In this document: positions 50,241-57,296 of the stretch, piece by piece
Layout of the letters: each line of letters begins with the position of its first letter
Position numbering within the stretch: the first letter of the stretch is position 1
Position numbers and translations under genes: made by a program
DNA from: Gemmatimonadota bacterium
GTDB lineage: Bacteria; Gemmatimonadota; Gemmatimonadetes; Longimicrobiales; RSA9
Length of the DNA: 57,296 nucleotides
Assembly (NCBI GenBank): GCA_052389275.1
Contig: JBQTID010000074.1
Location: 1 to 57,296, forward strand
Direction: 5' to 3'
The notes under the pieces: model-generated
What the model was told of the DNA's origin: nothing
Database searches by the model: none
What the model saw: the letters and a program-made list of their open reading frames with translations, nothing else

Positions 50241-50329
50241 AAAGTCGGAGGCCGACACGACAACGCGCACACCGCGGTTCGTCTAACGGATGTAACGCTT
50301 CCGAACTATCGTCCATCGGCGAAAAGGAC

Positions 50330-50512
50330 GCGAGGCATGATTGGATGGTAGAGTAGGCTGGTTTTTGCAGCATAACGCGAAGGGCGAGAGCCTCGACATG
50401 TGCTTTGGCCTCGTCATGAGACAATCCATTAGGCAAGCACGCCCGGCAGATCCGGCACTTCCGCGATCCAGCGCCCGTCGGCTTCTTGGTCGAGTTCAAT
50501 GAGGAAGGTCAT
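50330..50512 (-). pseudogene. hicB: HicB-family antitoxin remnant
   Basis: MTFLIELDQEADGRWIAEVPDLPGVLA, then a stop/frameshift, then GLSHDEAKAHVEALALRV. Confidence 0.75.
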
Positions 50513-50518
50513 AATCGG

Positions 50519-50623
50519 ATTCTAACGACAGATAAGCTGCACAGCGCGGCGAAATCAATGAATGCAGTGGTGAGATGCGCGCTTTGCCAGCTTCATCCGA
50601 TTGCCAGCTTCACCTGTTAGAAT
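50519..50623 (-). repeat. attC site
   Basis: ATTCTAAC..GATAAGCTGCACAGCGCG..CGCGCTTTGCCAGCTTCATC..GTTAGAAT, with an internal duplication. Confidence 0.75.
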
Positions 50624-50791
50624 GCCGCGCACATGCATTGTCAAAACTCCGGGGCGCAACTCACGGTAGTACAGTCGAACAATCCCGACCTTTAGCCTCC
50701 GGCGCGCACGAGCCAGTTACGCGCATCGGATAGCCGCACCGCTCGCCTTGAAGTCAGCGTTTGCTCCGGTGCAGCGCAGTGCTGCGCGTTC

Positions 50792-51205
50792 TCACGGAGC
50801 CGGATCCGGTGACCACAGCTCTAACAGATTCCCGTCGGGATCATAAAAGTAGTAGGCGTCCGCCTCCATCCAGCGAAGGCGGACCGGCCCGTAGACCTGG
50901 ATGGCATGGCTCCGTACCCGCGCGACCGCTTCCTCCAGCCGGTCGGGCGGAACGTGCAACGCGTAATGGACCTGCCCCCAGCGCTTGTCCGGCGGATTGG
51001 GCGAGTGCTCCTCAAAGAAGAGAGAGCCGGCGTGCACGGCGATTCGCTGCGGCGCCTCCGCCGGCCCCATGCGAAACCACGCCCACTCGTCGGTGACTTC
51101 CGTCTCCCGGTCGAGGCCGACGACGTCCTGATAGAACGCGGCTGCGGCTTTCACATTTTTTACCATCAGGACGATCTCGGAAATGCCTCTGACTGCTGCA
51201 GTCAT
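50792..51205 (-). CDS. VOC/glyoxalase family protein
   Basis: AGGAG RBS, ISEIVL.V..AAAFY..VVGL, HYAL, YFYDPDGNLLEL. Confidence 0.88.
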   Translation of the reverse strand: MTAAVRGISEIVLMVKNVKAAAAFYQDVVGLDRETEVTDEWAWFRMGPAEAPQRIAVHAGSLFFEEHSPNPPDKRWGQVHYALHVPPDRLEEAVARVRSHAIQVYGPVRLRWMEADAYYFYDPDGNLLELWSPDPAP

Positions 51206-51645
51206 GGTTCTCCTCTCCCCGCGGTGGCGGACATCACAGCGTCCGGCGTGCGGCTGAAATCCGGCGCAGCTAATTCGGCGTAAATCTCAAGAACGTTGCC
51301 TTCGGGGTCGCGGAAGAAAATCGTCCGATGGCCAGAGGAGCGATCTTCGAGAGCTTCCAGCATCTCCACGCCCTTCGCCGCAAGATCCCCGTAGCAGGGC
51401 TCCACTTGGTCAGGGGCGACACGGAAGGCGAGTTGGACACCAGCTATCTGAGCAGAGAGTGGCCCGTCGTACGGACGGCCTCGTGGCCGCAGGGCGAGCA
51501 GGGTTGCGCCGACCCGAAACTCGACCCACTCGCCCCAATCTCGATAGACTTGGAAGCCCATTACGTCTTGGTAGAAGCTTCTCGTGGCCTGCAGGTCGCG
51601 GCAGAGAAGCACGACGTAATCGAGATTGCGAATGGCGCGGAGCAT
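51202..51645 (-). CDS. VOC/glyoxalase family protein
   Basis: LDYVVLLC.DL..TRSFY, QLAFRV, FFRDPEGNVLEI. Confidence 0.88.
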   Translation of the reverse strand: MLRAIRNLDYVVLLCRDLQATRSFYQDVMGFQVYRDWGEWVEFRVGATLLALRPRGRPYDGPLSAQIAGVQLAFRVAPDQVEPCYGDLAAKGVEMLEALEDRSSGHRTIFFRDPEGNVLEIYAELAAPDFSRTPDAVMSATAGRGEP

Positions 51646-51835
51646 AACAGTCTCCAAGAGAGAAAGTTGGCGCGTCAGCTCCAAGCCTCGCCGGTCTGCG
51701 AGAGCCGAGCAGCATTACGACGAGCCGGCCGCTTCCGACAGAACGCGCCGCCAGCTGCAAACGCCCGTCAGGCTACAGACGTCGGTGATGCCGGATACGC
51801 CGCCGAGACCCGTCATACTGAGCACTTGCATAGCG

Positions 51836-52417
51836 CTACCACGTACTCGCTTCCAGCGCGGCCAAGACTTGGTTGACCGGCGGATGATCGCCGGCGACAG
51901 TACTCAGGTAGCTGTACGGGACGCGCCCATCTGGGAGCACCACCACTATGCCGCCTAGCTGCCAGGCATCGCCCTGGGTCCCCGGAACGAGTGCCGGCAC
52001 CGACCAGTACCACCAGCGCAAAATTACTTGCACGCGTTTTTGAAGGACGCCGTCTCGGAGCGCGCGGAGCATCTTCGCCCATGTGCGCCAAGACGCAAGG
52101 GTACGCGCGATGCCGTGCTTCATTCCCAGCGCGCGGTACGATGCGCGCGTAGTGTCAACGTAGAGCGGCGTGTCGAGGCGGAGATCCTCGCGAAACGCCT
52201 CCGCGAAGTGCTCCGTCCCGATAACGACCAGCTCCGCTCCGTGGGCGTGGATGCTGTCGACTTCGCGGCGCAACTGCGCCACCTGCTCGCGGCAGAACAG
52301 TCAGGCGAAGTGCCGGACGAAGGCGAGCACTGCCGGCTGCTCCGCCCAGGTCTCTCTGAGCTCGTGCTCCTGCCCGTCGAGGCCCTCGATCTTCGAGCGC
52401 GCCGCTTCGTCGGACAT
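51836..52417 (-). CDS. Peroxiredoxin-like (AhpC/TSA-2, SelU/FAM213-like) probable selenoprotein with UxxC motif
   Basis: ATG 52417 reads in frame through TGA 52301-52303: VLAFVRHFA-U-LFCREQVAQL; downstream QGD.WQLGG and GDHPP motifs. Confidence 0.8.
52265..52282 (-). promoter_or_regulatory. Candidate bacterial SECIS hairpin
   Basis: GTGGCGC-AGTT-GCGCCGC; the loop starts 25 nt after the in-frame TGA and has G at loop position 2. Confidence 0.5.
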
Positions 52418-52482
52418 CAGATCTATTGGGCACCTCATAGCGAGTAGAGGTCGCGCAGCGCGACTGGGCATACAGGTGTGCA

Positions 52483-52542
<60 letters not shown>

Positions 52543-52719
52543 CGCTGCTGATTCGACAATTTCTCAGCGGCTCAGCAATGTCAGAAAAACGTCCAACTGC
52601 GATTCCCAGTAGATCGCGTTACTGGGAATCGCATGCGGATTGGCCAGCGTATGCTCGGTCACCAGGATGTATTCGGCCTTGCCTCCCCGTCCCGCAAGGC
52701 CTTCAGAATGCTTTGGCGG

Positions 52720-52994
52720 CCGGCCATTGCCGTCATGTGCTCGTGCAGGCGGCCTGGAGCTGTCGTCACAAACCGCGCGTGGGTGAGGCGCTCAAGAAGC
52801 GGCAGCTAGGACAGCCGGCACGCGTGATCACGCACGCGTGGAAAGCGCAGCACCGGCTGCGCAAGCTCTATCAGCACCTCTCTTATCGAAAGGCACCCCA
52901 AATCGCTGCGGTCGCCGTCGCGCGCGAGCTGGTGGGCTTTCTCTGGGCCGTCATGCGTGACGTCGAGCTGTTACGCGAACCTGCTGCACCCTGA
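52720..52994 (+). pseudogene. IS110-family transposase C-terminal remnant
   Basis: HCRHVLVQAAW..HAWKAQHRL..IAAVAVARELVGFLWA. Confidence 0.8.
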
Positions 52995-53087
52995 AGTAAC
53001 GTAATTAGGGTAACCTGCGCGGCGTCACGCGGAACAAGACTTCACGAGTGAATTGCACGCCGCGACAGGTTCACCCGATTGTTAGCC
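52994..53087 (-). repeat. attC site
   Basis: AAGTAAC..GGGTAACCTGCGCGGCGT..ACGCCGCG-A-CAGGTT-C-ACCC..GTTAGCC, with two extrahelical bases. Confidence 0.85.
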
Positions 53088-53093
53088 TGCCGA

Positions 53094-53465
53094 CTAACTT
53101 GCCTGCTTGAGAGGTTTTAGCCGCGCGATTTCCGATGCTTCTTTGGACCGCATTGCGTGCCAGAGGTCGTAATCCTGCTGCAGCCCCAGCCAGAAATCAG
53201 CGCTCATCCCCGTCACTTGCGCCAGACGAAGTGCAGTGTCCGGCGTTACGCTGCGCTTGCCATTAACGATCTCATTCAAACGAGGAAACGACACTCCAAG
53301 CCTTTCCGCGAACGCGGACTGAGTAATTCCAAGGGGCTTAAGGAACTCCTCGAGCAACATTTCGCCAGGGTGGGTCGGCGCGCGATCAGAAGGAAGCCGC
53401 CGTTCAACTAAAGCTTTTTTCGCCCTAGTGGTAGTCTGTGATTTCGACTTCGTCGGCATAGCCAT
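53094..53465 (-). CDS. higA: HigA-family antitoxin
   Basis: THPGEMLLEEFL.PLG.TQ..LNEIVNGKR.VTPDTALRL..FWL.LQ. Confidence 0.92.
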   Translation of the reverse strand: MAMPTKSKSQTTTRAKKALVERRLPSDRAPTHPGEMLLEEFLKPLGITQSAFAERLGVSFPRLNEIVNGKRSVTPDTALRLAQVTGMSADFWLGLQQDYDLWHAMRSKEASEIARLKPLKQAS

Positions 53466-53718
53466 CCTCCCAACTGAAACAAATCCGGAATTGATCGTTA
53501 ATTCGGATACTGTATTGACCTTTCCTGCGGCCGCGGAGCTGCTCGAGCCGGTTACCAGGAGGAATTCTAAGCTCCTGGAGCCGACGTACGCGATTCAGCT
53601 GGTCGAGTTTCCGCCGAGCCGCGGGCCAGATCTCCTGTGGACACGTGTCCCTCGCCCTCCGACTGTCGGCGCCGTCAAAGATGTCCTGCGTCCCGCCATC
53701 CGCGAAAGATCTTACCAC
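53425..53718 (-). CDS. higB: HigB-family (RelE fold) toxin
   Basis: SFAD..T..IFDG, ARRKLD.L, PPGNRLE.L.G.R.GQYSIRINDQFRICF.W..VEITDYH. Confidence 0.92.
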   Translation of the reverse strand: MVRSFADGGTQDIFDGADSRRARDTCPQEIWPAARRKLDQLNRVRRLQELRIPPGNRLEQLRGRRKGQYSIRINDQFRICFSWEDGYADEVEITDYH

Positions 53719-53725
53719 GGAAAAT

Positions 53726-53754
53726 ATTATAGCGTGTGCCGTTATACATTACAA
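53726..53754 (-). promoter_or_regulatory. Cassette-internal sigma70 promoter/operator of higBA
   Basis: TTGTAA-N17-TATAAT with overlapping palindrome TATAACG-N5-CGCTATA; GTG start lies 7 nt after the -10. Confidence 0.75.
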
Positions 53755-53758
53755 GGCA

Positions 53759-53854
53759 GGCTAACGGATCAAGGGTCAGTTGCGAGGCGCCAACAGAGAA
53801 CCGGCGTTCCACGAGTCACTTACGCGCCTCGTCAACTGCATCCGGTTGTTAGAT
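53759..53854 (-). repeat. attC site
   Basis: GGCTAAC..GGGTCAGTTGCGAGGCGC..GCGCCTCG-T-CAACTG-C-ATCC..GTTAGAT. Confidence 0.9.
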
Positions 53855-53871
53855 CACATGCCGACGAAGCA

Positions 53872-54177
53872 CTATGCTGAACGAGCCGGCCGCTTTCGAC
53901 GCGCCTTTGTAGCAGGCTTGGTGATCGCACTCGCAATATCGTTCTTCGAAGCACCTGCGGCGAGCAACCCGCGGATCAGCAAGTCGATTGATACCGAAGG
54001 GTCACTGGCTTCCATCTTCGCGACACGAGACTGACTGGATCCGAGACGCTGCGCGAGTTCGATCTGCGACAGACCGTGCTCGGCGCGTACATCTTTCAGC
54101 TCCGAGCTCAAAGCGAGTTTCAACTCGACGAACTCTATTTGCTCCGGCGACAATCCGAGGAACTCCGTTCCTGGCAC
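53872..54177 (-). CDS. XRE/HTH antitoxin (N-terminus probably deleted)
   Basis: EFLGLSPE..VELKLAL, LSQ.ELA.RLGSSQSRVAKMEA.DPSVS.DLL. Confidence 0.8.
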   Translation of the reverse strand: MPGTEFLGLSPEQIEFVELKLALSSELKDVRAEHGLSQIELAQRLGSSQSRVAKMEASDPSVSIDLLIRGLLAAGASKNDIASAITKPATKARRKRPARSA

Positions 54178-54420
54178 GCTTCAATTACCGCTTTCAGGGT
54201 CTGCTGGGTCTTCTTACTGAAGACTTCCAGAATGACGACGGCATCCGGATCCAGTCGATATACAAATCCGCCAAGTCGCGTCCTCGTCCTGAATACGGAG
54301 CTCATGGCACCGCCGTCCGATGCTCGGCATGGGCGCGAATGAGGTAACTCCGGCTTATCCCCGCGTTGCAGCCGGCGAAGCAGGACGCCTGCCTCTACAC
54401 GAGCGGCCTGTTTGAGAGCG
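54165..54420 (-). pseudogene. RelE/Gp49-like toxin remnant
   Basis: ARVEAGVLLRRLQRG..PHSR / PSIGRRCHELRI.D / YRLD.DAVVILEVFSKKT, across frameshifts. Confidence 0.75.
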
Positions 54421-54440
54421 CAGGACGAATTGGCGATGTG

Positions 54441-54526
54441 ATCTAACGTTCAAGCGTAAGCTGCGCGGCCCATGCTGCTCTCTCTAGATCCTCACAGCAA
54501 TCCGCGCCAGCTTCACGCGTTTAGAC
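54441..54526 (-). repeat. attC site (R'' side shortened)
   Basis: ATCTAAC..GCGTAAGCTGCGCGG..CCGCG-C-CAGCTT-C-ACGC-GTTTAGAC. Confidence 0.8.
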
Positions 54527-54540
54527 AGTGAGTTACGGAT

Positions 54541-54846
54541 CTAGATCGGAGGTCCGCTAAACTCCTGCGACGTGTGGATGAGCGCTACAATCCAAACTTT
54601 GTCTTCACCACGAGGTAGACCAACCAATACGGTGCCAGGATCCAGTTCTCGAAATTGTGGGTCATCAAGGTCCGGAACAGTGCGACCGCGGTCCGGCAAT
54701 TCTGCCAGGGAAGCCGAGGCACCGAGGATGCGTTCGAGTTGCTTTGCTGCAGCGAGGCGGGAGTCGGCGGCGATAAATGAGATTGCCTCATCCAAGTCCG
54801 CCTGCGCGAGTCTGGTCCAAACTAGTCTGAAATGCCGAGCAACCAC
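54541..54846 (-). CDS. ParE/RelE-family toxin (possible compensating frameshifts near the C-terminus)
   Basis: LVWT..A.ADL.E..FIA.DS..L.ELP.RGR.VP..FREL; the expected ILAPYWLVY segment is in another frame. Confidence 0.75.
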   Translation of the reverse strand: MVARHFRLVWTRLAQADLDEAISFIAADSRLAAAKQLERILGASASLAELPDRGRTVPDLDDPQFRELDPGTVLVGLPRGEDKVWIVALIHTSQEFSGPPI

Positions 54847-55028
54847 TTATCGCGCAAACGGCGAGCGACTTCCTCGTGGGAGATCGTGCGGCCCGCTTCG
54901 ACGTCCGCCAATCCCTGATCGATCTTATCTAGGACGTATAGGTGATATTGCACGTCCTCAAGCGTGCAATCATCAGGAAGGCGGTCAAGCAGCTCGCGGA
55001 CACGTGCTTTGGTATTCATGTCGTTCAA
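54822..55028 (-). CDS. Putative antitoxin upstream of the ParE toxin
   Basis: LLDRLPDDCTLEDVQYHLYV..KI..GLADVEAGRT.SHEEV. Confidence 0.75.
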   Translation of the reverse strand: MNDMNTKARVRELLDRLPDDCTLEDVQYHLYVLDKIDQGLADVEAGRTISHEEVARRLRDKWLLGISD

Positions 55029-55073
55029 TATCGCGATTCTCGATCAGAGAGTACCGCGAAGGTCTTGCTCGCC

Positions 55074-55176
55074 GTCTAACGGATCTGCGCGTCAGCCGCG
55101 AGGAATCGCGCGGCATGCACGTACAAGTGACAATATTTTGACGCGGTTCCTCGTCGGCTGCACGCGCGAGTTAGAC
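55074..55176 (-). repeat. attC site
   Basis: GTCTAAC..CGCGTCAGCCGCGAGGAATCGCG..CGCGGTTCCTCG-T-CGGCTG-C-ACGCG..GTTAGAC. Confidence 0.9.
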
Positions 55177-55193
55177 GGCGCGGTAACTGCGCC

Positions 55194-55388
55194 TTACCTT
55201 TGCGACAGCGTTTTCGCACTGACAAGCCTTAACCCGGTGATCAGCAGTGGTATCGCGACAACAAGGAGGGCTGGGCTGACGTTGCGACCAGCAGCCGACT
55301 TGAAAATGTAAAGAGCGACCGAAACGATCGAAATTCCAAGACACACCCAGCCAAATACTCTCGCCCATCTAGCCTTTTCCGCATTCAT
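55194..55388 (-). CDS. Small two-TM membrane protein (gene cassette)
   Basis: AAGGAGG RBS; bounded by complementary cores GTTAGACGGCGC and GCGCCGTCTAAC. Confidence 0.7.
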   Translation of the reverse strand: MNAEKARWARVFGWVCLGISIVSVALYIFKSAAGRNVSPALLVVAIPLLITGLRLVSAKTLSQR

Positions 55389-55422
55389 TTCGCCTCCTTC
55401 CAGTTTAGAGGATCTTAGCGCC

Positions 55423-55516
55423 GTCTAACGTTAACGCGGGTAAGCTGCGCGGCCATGCTACCGAGGTCAAGCTTCACATTATCCGCGCCAGCTTCACCTG
55501 ATGCGCTTTGTTAGAC
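55423..55516 (-). repeat. attC site
   Basis: GTCTAAC..GGGTAAGCTGCGCGG..CCGCG-C-CAGCTT-C-ACCT..GTTAGAC. Confidence 0.85.
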
Positions 55517-55695
55517 AGCACCAGGAACGAGATCGCGCGTCGGTAGCGTAGGCGAGCAAGACCACGGCGCGCGCGGCCACGAACGTGCGGAGTATAAAGC
55601 TCACGCGAGTGAGCACCATAGCAAGTTGCCGGTGAGGTGCGCGATCAGTGCGCTGCGGCGAGACCGATCAGCCCGACAAAACCCGACGACGAATT

Positions 55696-55821
55696 GTCGA
55701 ACGCCAAATCTACAGGCGGAGCCGAGTAGCGCACGGCACGTCTTGCACCAAGCCGTTAAGGGTCCGCGCGTTATCGTGCGCGGGCAACGTGCGACGTTTC
55801 GCATCACAAATGGTGTTAGGC
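55696..55821 (-). repeat. Probable degenerate attC site
   Basis: GTCGAAC..GTTAGGC; the R'' box contains the brnA stop codon; weak internal pairing. Confidence 0.5.
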
Positions 55822-56067
55822 CGAACGTTTCTTAGCCTTCGAACCTGCACGCTTTGCAAGCGACGCAAGACCTCGAAGAGCTTCATTCACAGACTCTGAG
55901 GTGGGAAAAAGCCTGCTGAGATCAGGGTCAATCACGACGACGTTCGAGCCCTTGGCGTAGCGTTTGGCGGTCACGCCGCGAACCCCTTGCGAGAAGTCAT
56001 ACTCGGGCCGCATGGTGTCGCGATCGGGATCCAACTTTTTGCGTGGACTATTCTTTCTCGTAGCCAT
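55816..56067 (-). CDS. BrnA-like antitoxin
   Basis: MRPEYDFS.GVRG..Y..VV.IDPD....FPTSESVNEALR. Confidence 0.8.
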   Translation of the reverse strand: MATRKNSPRKKLDPDRDTMRPEYDFSQGVRGVTAKRYAKGSNVVVIDPDLSRLFPTSESVNEALRGLASLAKRAGSKAKKRSA

Positions 56068-56326
56068 TTCGTTCGCGCCTGGTTGCCTTTCGAGCGCTGA
56101 TGATTCGAGTTCGTTCTCCGCGTTCCGCGTACGCGACAACGAGAAGATGTTGTTGTTGCGACATTCCGAGAACCAGGTATCGCTCCTCTGCCTCTGAATG
56201 TTCCGGGTCTGCGAGGTTTATAGCGAGCGGATCACCGAAGACGGTTGCGGCCTCTTCAAATGATTCACCGTGCTTTCGGATATTCGCCGCCGCATTGGCC
56301 GCATCCAATTCAAACCGGTAGGCCAC
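56048..56326 (-). CDS. brnT: BrnT-family toxin
   Basis: NIRKHG.SFEEAATVF.DP..D.EHS..E.R..LG.S..RIISARKAT..E. Confidence 0.88.
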   Translation of the reverse strand: MAYRFELDAANAAANIRKHGESFEEAATVFGDPLAINLADPEHSEAEERYLVLGMSQQQHLLVVAYAERGERTRIISARKATRRERNGYEKE

Positions 56327-56401
56327 ACGGACAAATTAGTCGATCATCGCGTCCACGCGACAGGTTAATAGCGGGAAGCAGTCGATTCCAGTTCAGAAGT
56401 G

Positions 56402-56488
56402 GCCTAACGGATCGGAGCTAAGCTGCGCGGCCCATGTGCCGAGGTCAATCCTCGCGTCGTACGCGCCAGCTTCAGCTCTTTGTTAAGC
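56402..56488 (-). repeat. attC site
   Basis: Minus strand GCTTAAC-AAAGA-GCTGAAGC..GCTTAGC-TCCGATCC-GTTAGGC; the upstream gene's TAA lies in R''. Confidence 0.92.
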
Positions 56489-57037
56489 ATTTGAAGGATT
56501 GCGAGTCCCGCCGTTCTGGGCGCGCTTGCGGCGCACAATGCTCGCGACGACGCGTTGAACAAACACGGCGCTGCGCTCACGCCAGGACCCTGGCATCGGA
56601 CGGAGCTGGAATCCCAAGAGTTGGGATGCGGCCTCCAGCGGATCAAATCGGGTTTCGATCCTCTGGACCAGGCCATTGTCACGAAACGTGAAATAATCCA
56701 GACCATCAAACTCAACGTGACGATTCGTTGGCGCGAACCCCGGCGGATCCAGAATCGCGGTGTGCGTCGCCGCGATGCTCCAAGGCACGCAGCAACTCAG
56801 CCCATCTTCGGCGATGCAGACTGGAGCGCGCATTTCGTAGCGAAAATCGGGGAAAGCAGAAAGCACAGATTCGCTGAACTGACGAACCGCAACCGTGCCA
56901 ATCGCCGGCGGGTGTGCCATGCCCAGATCATGCCACGATACATCTGGAGCGAGCTGCGCAACAAACGCGTCAAGATCACGTCGGTTCCAAGCATCGAGCA
57001 GGTATTCGACTTTTCCTTCAACCTCGGATCGCGTCAT
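56483..57037 (-). CDS. SnoaL-like/ester cyclase (NTF2-like) protein
   Basis: AWN.RDLD, AFPDF, ATHT..PPGFAPT.R.VEFDG.D..FRD motifs. Confidence 0.85.
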   Translation of the reverse strand: MTRSEVEGKVEYLLDAWNRRDLDAFVAQLAPDVSWHDLGMAHPPAIGTVAVRQFSESVLSAFPDFRYEMRAPVCIAEDGLSCCVPWSIAATHTAILDPPGFAPTNRHVEFDGLDYFTFRDNGLVQRIETRFDPLEAASQLLGFQLRPMPGSWRERSAVFVQRVVASIVRRKRAQNGGTRNPSNA

Positions 57038-57074
57038 GAGATGGTAGGCACGAGGAGTGTACGATGAATGATCT

Positions 57075-57296
57075 GCCTAACGCATGTTGAGAGCACGCCC
57101 CTTGGTGCTACCATGGAGTTGTCAAAGACCTATGGACGCAGCCAAGGAGCGGCTCTCATGAAACGGACTACCAAGTATGTCGCGTTGGACGTGCATCAGG
57201 CAACCACGGTGACCTCGGTGCGCGAGCCGGGCGGTCGGGTCATCGCGCGGACCATCCTGCCGACCGAAGCGGCGGTGCTCGTGGAGTATTTCCAAA
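57075..57296 (+). mobile_element. IS110/IS1111-type element, left end, apparently inserted in an attC site
   Basis: The attC core GCCTAAC (57075-81) is followed by a non-attC 75-bp end with an extended -10 (TGCTACCAT) and an AAGGAG RBS, then the transposase. Confidence 0.7.
57158..57296 (+). CDS. IS110-family transposase (DEDD RuvC-like N-terminus), truncated by the window edge
   Basis: MKRTTKYVALDVHQATTVTSVREPGGRVIARTILPTEA. Confidence 0.8.
   Translation, partial: MKRTTKYVALDVHQATTVTSVREPGGRVIARTILPTEAAVLVEYFQ

Overview
This is a GC-rich bacterial chromosomal segment. Protein families and intergenic repeat style suggest Gemmatimonadota (inference only). Bases 1-40.2 kb look like core genome: a frameshifted GxxExxY gene, rsgA, two RpoD-like sigma factors, a PP2C phosphatase, pckG-maeB, ssb and polA. 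This part also holds three tandem lipoprotein subtilases divergent from a sigma54 activator / HFS-motif lipoprotein / TPR gene trio; a translationally coupled amidohydrolase-CDF-methyltransferase-FAD oxidoreductase-SRPBCC-ketosynthase operon; and two paralogous outer-membrane proteins, each with a sigma54 promoter. Its intergenic gaps repeatedly contain 6-9 bp tandem-repeat or hairpin elements. Bases 40.2-57.3 kb are co-oriented minus-strand accessory genes. From about 50 kb onward this is an integron gene-cassette array with about 10-12 attC sites and no intI inside the window. It carries four toxin-antitoxin pairs plus a hicB remnant and a probable selenoprotein (UxxC peroxiredoxin-like) cassette. 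An IS110/IS1111-type recombinase appears inserted in the last attC, and the array decays progressively leftwards. Several frameshifts lie in homopolymers and may be sequencing errors. No rRNA, tRNA or CRISPR array was seen.
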